Shown here piece by piece: positions 53,081-64,000 of a DNA stretch of 64,000 bases. Under the pieces are notes generated by a model that was not told the DNA's origin, made no database searches, and was given only the letters and a program-made list of their open reading frames with translations. The translations under genes and the position numbers were made by a program. Origin of the DNA: Stegostoma tigrinum (Eukaryota); NCBI RefSeq assembly GCF_030684315.1, contig NC_081397.1, forward strand, positions 13,974,421 to 14,038,420, written 5' to 3'. Position 1 is the stretch's first letter, and every line of letters begins with the position of its first letter.

Positions 53081-54270
53081 AATTTTGATCACAAATCTAT
53101 CATATCCACACAGCAAAAACTGACAGAAACAGATTAATAATAAAACTCCCAGTTTCATATTTGTTTAAACTGACAGGTACAGTTTGATAACTATCAGATT
53201 TTCACAGCAGAATCTGACAATAACTGATCGATTACTAAACTCAGATTGACAAGCAAATACAAAACAGGTATAGACGTGACAACTACACTCATGCATTGAC
53301 CACCAGCAACTGATGTGTAGGTGCACAGCTACACTCATTCACATGGCAGTAACAGAGAGCTACAGCTTAATAACTACAGTCACCCACCTGCATTACAGTA
53401 ACTGTCAGGGGCAGGTTGATAACACTCACACATTGATGTGACGGAAACTGACATGTACTGATAATAACTAAACCCATCTATGGATACAGCAGAAACTGAC
53501 AGAGACTGATAATTGCACTTCCATTATCATTGCAGAAACTGAGATTTATAACTGCACCCTCTCATTCACATGACAAAAACTGAGTGTACAGATTTGATAA
53601 CCATAGCCACACATTTGCTTTGCAATATGTGACAGGGATGGGATAATCCTTCCTGCAAAATGTTACAAGAAAGCAAGAGAACTAATTAATTAATAATTCA
53701 CAGCAGAAGCCTAGAGGTATAATCCTGATAATTACACAAGAATATTCACTGGGGAGACACTGACAAGGTTCAGATTGATAATGACAATCTCATTCATACA
53801 ACAGAAATTGGTTGGTACGCACTGAAAAGCACAGTCTCATAATTACAGAACAGAAACTGACAATCACAGACGGATAACTACATTTTCATATTCACATGTC
53901 TGAAAATGACTGTTAGGATTGAATGAATATGGTGCATTTTTACAAGCAGAAACATTCAAGGTTACGCTAACAACTGCACCCACACATTCAAAGCTCGGAA
54001 CTGACAGGTAAAGATGAAAAGCCAAGCTCACGTGTTGACATAGCAGAAACTGAGAAGCACAGTCTGAAGCCTGCTCTCTGACATTCAGATAGCAGAAAAC
54101 GACTGGCACAGATGGATAAGTATACTCACCTTGCAGACACTGACACGAACATTCCCACATCACCAACAATCAGGTAAAGACTTACAACGGCATTCTCATA
54201 TTCACAAAGGGGGGAAAAAAAATAATCACAGTCAAGTCCAATTTGATAACTTCTCAAATAAACACAGGGC
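53080..54270 (-). repeat. ~49-bp minisatellite, inverted orientation
   Basis: Same unit. Confidence 0.8.
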
Positions 54271-54656
54271 AGAATCTCACAGGTCCCCGTCAGTCTCTGC
54301 TGTGTGAATACATAAGTAATTTAACAAAGGCTCACCAATGTGTGAGACATGAATAGATCAACAAATAAACTCATATCCACAGACCCACTCACATTGTGTA
54401 GTCCCATTCATGGATCTGGACACTTAGTTTGTTTCTGGACTTCACTCAATTGGGATGGAATTAACAAAAAGAAAAATCACAAGACAAAGAAGCAGCTCAG
54501 ATCAAGAGTGGAATCAAACACCTAATTCTGTTCAGATTCCTGGCTTGAAATTAAATATTGTAATGATTATTAACTGAACATTGCATCCAATAATGAAATA
54601 TCACTGAACTTGGCTGATGTTGACTTGCAGGAGGGTTTTCTTCTGTCTTCCTCCAG

Positions 54657-54738
54657 GCAAATACGTGAGGGACTAAGAGAAAGTAATATTCCCTCGGCAC
54701 AAAGCCAAGTGTGACCAGCTGCTTCTAACAAACGGAAG
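54657..54738 (+). pseudogene. 82-nt repeated exon, copy G (in-frame TAA)
   Basis: ttttcttctgtcttcctccAG / GTATGT; KYVRD*EKVIFPRHKAKCDQLLLTNG. Confidence 0.5.
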
Positions 54739-54944
54739 GTATGTTACCGCTGTCAGAGCAGAGAGCATCCTTTCCACAGTCACAGACCAGATTGAGTCAG
54801 ACACACATTGAGGTCAATTTCCAGTGAGATTTGTTCCAACAACACAGAGGAAATAGAAGTTTTGTTTTTTTCCACCATTCACAATGCACACCTGCCCAGT
54901 TCGAACAAATTTCAGCATTTCAAGTGTTTTGCGAGATCTGCAGC

Positions 54945-55790
54945 TCGGATAGCGGATAATGTTGAGCTGGCTTGCTTTTCTTCATATATTTCATCACCAT
55001 GCTCAGTGGTATCATCAGTGGAGCCTCCAATGAGTCAATGTTATTCCACGCCCTGTGGAATTTATACTGTATGGTCCATTATGGTGACTACTATCACTTC
55101 TGGTTTTGATCTGTCTGAGTTTTCATTTTTGGGGTCCGATTCTATAATCTTGTTGATTGAAGTATGCATGGAAAACCATGCCTCTCGGAATTGCTGTGTG
55201 TCTGTGTTTGGCTTGGGCTACCATGGTTACTTTGTCCCATGTTAACCTGATGGCCTTTATTGTCTGAATATGTGATACATTCAGACAACCAAGGCCATCA
55301 GTTGAAATGGGGCAAAGTTACCATATTAAAAAGAAAGAACTGTGGATGCTGTAAATCAGGAACAAAAGACAGACTTGCTGGACAAGCTCTGCAGCTCAGC
55401 AGTAACTGGTTCTGAGGAAAGGTTACTGGACCCGCAAGGCTAACTCTCTGTTTTTCCCTTCACCGATGCTGCCTGACCTGAGCTTTTTCCAGCACCTTTT
55501 ATTTTTGTTGTGTAAGATAACCATAGCAGCCTAAGCCAAACATAGACATGTTAAGGAATTCCTAGAGACATTGTTCTCCACACAAACATAGAATTGGACC
55601 CCATGTATAAACCCATATAGATCAAAACTGAAATGACAGTACTCAGCATAACAGACCTGACAGTGCAAATTCCAAGCAGAGGAGAATCACATTGCATCAG
55701 CAGAGGCTCCACTGATGATGTCACCTAGCATGGTGGCAAAACGTCCGAACAAAAACATGACAGCTCACTGACCAAGTCAACAACATCACA
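54945..55790. mobile_element. Palindromic Penelope-type pLTR pair with a nested fold-back insert (55326-55517)
   Basis: Symmetry centre ~55275; hammerhead-like motifs ~54985-55017 (-) and 55712-55745 (+). Confidence 0.65.
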
Positions 55791-55979
55791 TTTCTGCATT
55801 CACAGCCCATTGACATTTACACCGTTTTTGAAGATGGACAGACTGAATACTTGTCCAAAATACACACTCAAACTGAATATAATCTGCATTAAATGACTCT
55901 GATAACAGCTACCACATAACAAATTGCATCGTCACAGAGAATATTACTGGCTGCCAAAGTTCAGCCGTGTTGTCAAATA

Positions 55980-56860
55980 GAAACTGACAAGCATGTGTTG
56001 ATTCCTCTGCTCAATCATTCACCCTGTAGAAACAGGCAAAAAACAGGTTGACACTCTCTCATATATGGAAAAAAAGTTTGCTATACCATTCTCAAATTCA
56101 CATTTGAAAAATGATATGTACAAATTAATATTTATGCTCACATATCAAACTACATGTACCCAAATGATAACTACGCTTATATATCCACAGCATATCAACA
56201 ATCCGTTCTTCTCTGTTGCTAACACTCCAGTTTCACAGCATAACTTCACAGGTCCAATTTTATAAATGCATTTAAATATCCACAGACTTAACAGTTTTTT
56301 TTAGGTGCAGTGTGATAATGGCAGTAGATTCACCAACTTTAGGTACATTTAAGTTGTCATTGGATTAGCATGTGGACATACATGGAATAGTGTAGGTTAG
56401 ATGGACTTCAGATCGGTATGACAGGTTGGCATACTATTGAGGGCTGAAGGGACTGTACTGTGCTGTAATGTTCAATGTAACTACACTCCAATTTTCACAA
56501 GCAGATTCTCATAGGTACGTACTGATCATGAACTTCACGTATCCATGAAGCAGAAATGGACAGGAACAGCTTGGTAATAACCCTCCCAATGTCATACAGC
56601 TTGAACTGACAGGTACACTTTGATAACTATATGCATATCAACAGTGCAGTATCTGACACCTATGTATTGGTAACTACACACATACACACTCTCACACACA
56701 CACTCTCACGGAGCAGAAAATGAGAAATATAAATGGATAACTAAACAGACATATTGACATTGCAGAAATTGACAGGCTACATGGATAACTACACTCATAT
56801 CTTGCAGCAGAAACTGATAGTGACACTGATTGGAGAGCCGAAGTGGGAGAGAGAGTAAAA
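55980..56860 (-). repeat. ~49-bp minisatellite, inverted, interrupted by a CR1 tail (56290-56475)
   Basis: Same unit. Confidence 0.7.
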
Positions 56861-57386
56861 TTTGTCAAATCAACAGAAAGCAAAAAGCACTGGTCACAGC
56901 ACGTCAGCACTCGTCTGTGACCAAGGTACTCCGAGTAAAACTGATACCAAGACACGCTGGCAGGTGTCTGAGGAATGTACGAATAGTTTGGGCCTCGATA
57001 TATTGGAGATTTGAAGAAGGACGTCAAACCTTTCGAGGAAACAAAAAGTAAAGGGTCTTGACGGAACAGGCAATTTAAAATAGTGTCTAAAGATGGTGCG
57101 CACGATTAATGCTCTCTTTCAGGGGAAAAAAAAGTTACCGTTTGGTTTATTAACATATCGAGGTGTTTTTGAAATGTGAAATGAATATGCAGGTGCAGAG
57201 TGCAGATTTCGGCCCCTTTTTGCCGCTTGCATTTAAGTTTTTGAAAATCCGATTCAAGGTCAGAAATGGACATTCCACTCGGTTCGGGAATGCGGGAAAG
57301 GGAGATGAAGTCAAATATACATTCATAATCTAAAAGTAAATGTATTCGCGCATTCTGTTCTGTTCAACGTCCGAGTTTTCGTTAAA

Positions 57387-58033
<647 letters not shown>

Positions 58034-58063
58034 AGAGACCGTTCTGTAACTTGACAATCCAAA

Positions 58064-58079
58064 GGCTCTTTTAAGAGCC
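58064..58079 (+). terminator. Histone 3' stem-loop (H2A), HDE gaaagag ~58096
   Basis: ccaaaGGCTCTTTTAAGAGCCaccca. Confidence 0.97.
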
Positions 58080-58549
58080 ACCCACAACATCAGTGAAAGA
58101 GTCTCAGACCTCGTTTTTGTTCGATTGATTTAATTTTAAATATACAGAGCCTGGAACTTCGCAACGTCAAATTTCAATCACATCATTCATTGATCCTGTA
58201 GTTGTCACAGTTCGATAGAAAATGAAATCCATCCTGCTGCTCCTGATTTCGGTAATATTTCCATTCAGAGCTGGCAGCCGATGATCAGGAAGAAGTTATG
58301 ATGAGCTTATTATAAATTACAATGTATGACATAATTGGAGAACAGAATAATCGTTTTGCAAATACGTTTTCCAGTCCCACTGCTTGTTGTTCACTGCCAA
58401 TTTCACATCTCCCTTCATCGCATTAGAGAAAGCGAAAGTGACCCGGGACAGCACGTTGCAGGGTCATTTGCTTCTGATAATGAACGGCCGCTGACCCTCT
58501 GCGCATTAATCTCAGGTGCAGCTCATTTTCCTGCCTTTGATATTATCGA

Positions 58550-58760
58550 GTCCTCACAGTGTGGAAGCAGGCCATTCGGCCCATCGAGGCCCGACTGACC
58601 CTCTGAAGAGCATCTCTCACAAAGTGCCCTTCCATATCCCTGTCACTCTGTCTTTCTCTGGACACACTGGGCCCATAGCATAGCCATGCCACATAAAGTG
58701 CACATCTTTGGACTATGGAGGAAACCAGAGCACCTAGAGGAAATCCTCAAAGACACGAAG
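58550..58760 (-). mobile_element. HE1-like SINE fragment
   Basis: tgcacatctttggactatggaggaaaccagagcacc. Confidence 0.65.
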
Positions 58761-58919
58761 GCCACCCACCAGCCTACCTTTTATCCTGGGAGAAGTAGCC
58801 CTGGCCTGTACAGCTTCTCCCTGAAGCTGAGCCCCTTACAAATCTTTTATGAATGTTTAAGCTTAAAGTTAAAAACAAAAGCTTCTCGTCAATCTGGCTG
58901 TTCATCATCTTGAAACCTT

Positions 58920-60680
58920 GGATGAACTGTCTAATCCATTCCCTACGGCAGACCAGGAGTGCAGCATCAAAAGGGGACGACCAGGGCTGTTTCAGAAAAT
59001 TCAGCGGAGAAGGCTTCAGCAAATCCATCAAAGATACCAAGGGGCAGGACTGGAACAGTTTAGTGGCCCCAACCAACCAAACTGAGCAAAGCAAGATCGT
59101 GGACAAAGACAGTTCCCACCCTGATGCTGTCTATGCTTGGTTGACACAGAATGCCAGCAGCGTGGTGTCCACTGCCCCGCCAGGCCTCAACGCACCTGTT
59201 CTATCGGTCACTGCAGTTGTCAGATCCGTCTTCCTGGTGAGAACACCCAAGGAAAGTAACAGACCTGGACTGAAGCACCAACTCTGCATGTAATTCCTGT
59301 GGGGAGGTACTCTCTGACATCTTTGTCTCCCTCTGACAAGCTGTACTCTGCACCTGCTTGAGAAGACCACCATTATCCCAGTCCTAAAATCTACATGCAA
59401 TATGACTTCATCTGTACTGCCCAGTGGCTCTGGCATCCAAAATCATGAAGTGCTCAGAGATGCTGGTCATGGCCCACTTGAACTCTCGACTTTCAGCCTG
59501 CCTCAATCCCTTGCAATTTTCCCACTAATGCAACAGGCCCACAGCAGATGCCCTTTTCCCAGCCCTGCAATCATCCCTGGAACATCTGGGCAACAAGGCC
59601 ACCTACAATCAGGCTTCTGCTCATCAACTACAGCTCAGTCTTCAACACCATTATCCCTGCAAGACGGAACTCAAAACTAACACCTCAGGCTTGGCTCCTC
59701 CCTGTGCAACTGACTCCTCAGCTTCCTGAAACACAGACCACAAATCAAGAAGATAGGCAACTGAATCTCCTCTGCGAGGACATTCAAACACTGCAACCCT
59801 CAAGAATGCATTCTCAGGTCCCTACTGTACTCCTTGTATACTCACTATTGTTGTCAAATTCTGAATGAATGCCACCTATAAGTTTGCTGTTGACAACACT
59901 ATGATGGGATGGATAATAAATAATGATGATTCAGATGACAGGAAGGAGATGGAGGGTTTGGTGACGTGGTGCAATTATAAAAAGAAAACTGAATGGTCAC
60001 AAAACAAAAGAACTTATAATTGGTTTCAGAAGGAAAAGAGCAGAACACACCCTCAGGTCCATCAACAGAGCAGGGTGCTGAGAGTGTCAATTTCCCAAGA
60101 GTTACAATAACCAACAACCTTCATGGGACTTCCCACATAGATGCAATGGTAATGAAGGCACAAAAAGGCCTCGTCTTCCTGAGGCTGCTCATGTATTTGG
60201 CATGTTACTCATGCACCATAGAAAGCATACTGTCTGGGTTCATCAAGGCCTGATATGGAACCTGCTCTGTCCTGTTCCACGAGCAACTATGGAAGGTTGT
60301 GTTCACACCCCACACCGTCACGGCACCCAACTTCCCAACCATGGGCTCTCATTGCTGTGCAAAGCCTGAGACATCAAAATCCATCCAACCCCAGTGGTGC
60401 CCTCCTACAACCTCTTGCATCAGGCAGAAGATACAGAAGCTCGAACACCCACACCAGCAGGTTCAAGAACAGATTCTTCCCTGTCATTGTCAGACTGACG
60501 AATGGAATCTTAAATTTCAAAAGTGTTGATCTTGCCTGCATACATCCTGTGGAGTGTAACTTGTATGCCTTATCATTTCCATTTTTCACATTATGACCTG
60601 TATGTGCTTACTGACTATGATCTGGCTATACTGCTCGCCAACAAAACCATTCACTATTTAGGAACATGTCACAATAAATC
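58920..60680 (+). mobile_element. Decayed Rex/Babar-like non-LTR retrotransposon
   Basis: IRLLLINYSSVFNTIIP; YKFAVDNTMMG..RKEMEGLVTWC; SGRRYRS..TSRFKNRFFP. Confidence 0.75.
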
Positions 60681-61664
60681 TAACTAAATTCCTGTAGCAG
60701 AGAGACCAGAATTGAATGCATTATTCCAAGTGTTCTAATCCATGTCCTGTAAAGCTGCAACTTGTCCTCCCAACTACTGTTCTCAATATACTGGCCAAAT
60801 TTTCCGAAGGATACCATCAGCAACAAATGTTGAAACAGAAGTTAAACAAGATACAACCTTATTTTCAAAAGGCTGAAAAAGCCACCCCAGTGCCCCCTGA
60901 AAGAAGTTTTGTACAAGATGTGATAATGTGATAATGGGCCAGTTGGAGGTTTCAGTTCAGTGGTGGTTAATGCAGCTAAATTGTACGTGTTCAAATATCA
61001 TGAAATAAAAACAAAAACGGCAACTTCTGATCAGGTTCCAGTTTCACAACTGATTTTTCTTTTTGTGAAGAGAAGGTGTGTGGCCAAGATATTGTCAATT
61101 CACACATTCTTTCCAAGCAGTTTTAAAAGGCAATCATTTCACGTTGAACATCTGTCTCTGCCTCAATTATATGAAAAGAGCACGTCCTTAAAAACAAGAC
61201 ACATTGCTGAATTTACCTTCACCCATTTGTTCAAAATGTGGGAAACTGGCATATTTACTGTCAACCCCTCATGCCTCCAGTAGCTTGTGAGCAGGTGTCA
61301 GCACTAGAAACATATTCAACCCTAATCATCAAAGCCCTGAAGCCTGCATGCATGTTACATTTATTATAAATACAGAGGTTAAAGCGGTTTGAATTTGTTC
61401 ATCAGATTATGAGCATCACTGGCTCGGCTAAACCACCTGTAATTGCCATAGAGCCATTATATATAAGTCAATATCAGTGATGGGAGTGTGGAGTCACACC
61501 TAAAAGGGAGAGAGAACATAATAAACTCCAGTAACTCATTGTTCAGCCACTTCCATTTGCTCAAGTTGCTTTTTTTGACTCCATTTCCAGGGTGACAAGC
61601 CTTAGTGGGGTATGGATCATGTGCTTCACCCCTGGCAAACAAAGCAATTACCATCTATTTCAGT

Positions 61665-62760
61665 CAGAGAAAATGGGAACTGCAGATGCTGGAGAATCTG
61701 AGATAACAAAGTGTGGGGCTGGATGAACACAGCAGGCCAAGCAGCATCTTAGGAGCACAAAAGCTGATGTTTTGGGCCTAGCCCCTTCATCAGAAAATGG
61801 GGGCTGGGGAGGCAATTCTGAAATAAATAGGGAGAGAGTGGGAGGCAGACTGAAGATGGATGAAGGAGAAGATAGGTGGAGTAGCAAGTATAGGTGAGGA
61901 GTTAGAGAGGGGATAGATCAGCCTGGGGAGGATGGACAGGTCAAGGGGGGGAGATAAGGTCAGTAGGTAAGAAATGGAGATGTGGGTGGGAGGAGGGGAT
62001 AGGTGAGAGGAAGAAAGGGTTAGGGAGACAGGGTGGGGGCGAGCTGGGCTGGTTTTGGGATGCAGTGGGGAGAGGGGAGATTTTGAAGCTGGTGAAATCG
62101 ATAGCACTAGGCTGCAGGGTTCCCAAGTGGAACATGAGTTGCTGTTCCTGCAACCTTCGAGTGGCATCATTATTGCACTGCAGGAGGCCCAGGAGGGACA
62201 TTTGCCTAAGAAGTGGGAGGGTGAGTTAAAATGGTTCACGACTGGGAGGTGCAGTTGTTTATAGCAAACCGAGTGTAGGTGTTCTGCAAAGCTGTCCCTA
62301 AGCCTCCACTTGGTTTCCCCAATGTAGAGGGAGCCACAACGGGTACAGTGGATACAGAATAACACATTGGCAGATGTGCAGGTGAACATCTGCTAGATGT
62401 GGATCATCTTGGGGCCTGGGATGTAGTTGAGGGAGGAGGGGTGGGGGGCAAGTGGAGCACTTCCTGCAGTGGCAGGTGAAAGTGCCAGGTGTGGTGGGGG
62501 TGGAGGGGAGTGTGGAGTGGACAAGGGAGTCGCAGACAGAGTGGTCTCTCCGAAAGGTAGATCAGAGTGGGGATGGAAAAAATGTCTTGTGGTGGGGTCG
62601 GATTGTAGATGGTGGAAGTGTCAGAGTTCACCTCCCACTCATGAACTATTTTAACTCCCACTCCCATTCCTCAGACGACATGACAAACCTGGGCCTCCTG
62701 CAATGCCATAGTGATGTCACCCATAGGTTTCAGGAACAGCAACTCATTCTCCATTGGTGC
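61665..62760 (-). mobile_element. Penelope-like (Neptune-type) 3' end with short inverted segment
   Basis: FTCTSANVLFCIHCTRCGSLYIGETKWRL; pLTR with degenerate hammerhead core 61764-61793. Confidence 0.88.
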
Positions 62761-62849
62761 CCCATTGATACATTGACAGGGATGAACTTTCGTGGAATCT
62801 CGACACAGCAGGAAATGGCCTTTCGAGCCTGATCGATCCTCCGAAGAAC

Positions 62850-63080
62850 ATGGAAAGAACAGCTGATGCTATAAATCAGGAACAAGACCAGAAGTAGCTG
62901 AAAAAGCTCAACAGGTCTGGCAGTCGTGAAGAAAATAAAATCCAGAGTTGACGTTTCAGCTCCGGCCACCCTTGCAGTTCTGAGGAAAGCTCACGGGACC
63001 CGAAAACTTAGCTCTGATTTTTTTTCTTCTTCAGAGATGTTGCCAGACCTGCTGAGCTGTTTCAGCAACTTCTGGTTTTG
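62850..63080. mobile_element. Fold-back pLTR-derived short element
   Basis: aaagctcaacaggtctggcag..tgccagacctgctgagct inverted arms. Confidence 0.65.
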
Positions 63081-63525
63081 CTGCGACAAGCATCAACCGA
63101 AACAGGCTGGGGCCTGAGGGAAAGTGTGATGTCTGGTCTGAACCCCCTACATATTGGCGGGCTTTTCAGATTTGAAATAAAAGCGGTTGATGATTTGGCG
63201 CCAATTATTTCTCCCGCCCAACTTCCCAGCCGTGTTCAGTTCGAGTGGGGTAACACCAAGGGATGCATAGGCAGGGAGGTGCTTTCCTGTCACTCAAATC
63301 TCCAGCACACTGGGAGGCTTCAATTATGTCCTGCCATCAATTTATATCTTCCCCACAGCAATGTCCGTTTTGTCTTCCAATTAACGTGACAAATCCACTT
63401 CTCGGCCAGATTGAAATTGTTTAATAACAGACGAAACGACACAATACAACAGCAGAAAAAAACTGGGCGCATAATAAAGTAACCAACATTGCCAATCGAT
63501 TGCTGCTCTCTCGGGACAGTTTAGT

Positions 63526-63541
63526 GGCTCTGAAAAGAGCC
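63526..63541 (-). terminator. Histone 3' stem-loop (H3)
   Basis: Reverse complement of GGCTCTTTTCAGAGCC. Confidence 0.97.
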
Positions 63542-63585
63542 GTTGCGTTTCTCGGGGTGAATGTGCAGGGCCGGGCACGCTCCGT

Positions 63586-63999
<414 letters not shown>

Positions 64000-64000
64000 C

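Noticed and set aside
53740-53760. attcactggggaga resembling a C2H2 zinc-finger linker
   Set aside because: Lies within the minisatellite; no Cys/His finger pattern or ORF around it

Overview
Eukaryotic (vertebrate) genomic DNA, most likely a cartilaginous fish (inferred from HE1-like V-SINEs, HER1/CR1-type LINE debris and shark-type histone sequences). The window holds a dispersed replication-dependent histone cluster of 7 intact intronless genes, each with a 3' stem-loop: H4(+), H3(+), H2A(-), H2B(-), H1(+), H2A(+), H3(-). They sit among CR1, Rex/Babar-like and Penelope-like (GIY-YIG) retroelement fragments. Structure not explained by these: (i) an unannotated multi-copy spliced transcription unit interleaved with the histone genes, with three NRF1-motif promoter/first-exon cassettes carrying an identical 64-nt ATG exon, seven copies of an ~82-nt internal exon with conserved splice sites, and a recurring third acceptor; (ii) a degenerate ~49-bp minisatellite travelling with that unit; (iii) window-scale mirror symmetry centred on H1; (iv) many short Penelope-derived inserts and fold-backs carrying minimal hammerhead-ribozyme-like cores, several with target-site duplications; (v) a repeated ~50-bp E2F/CHR module near histone genes; (vi) two probable 3' exons of an ITIM-bearing receptor gene at the left end. 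All comparisons were made by eye; repeat boundaries and identities are approximate.
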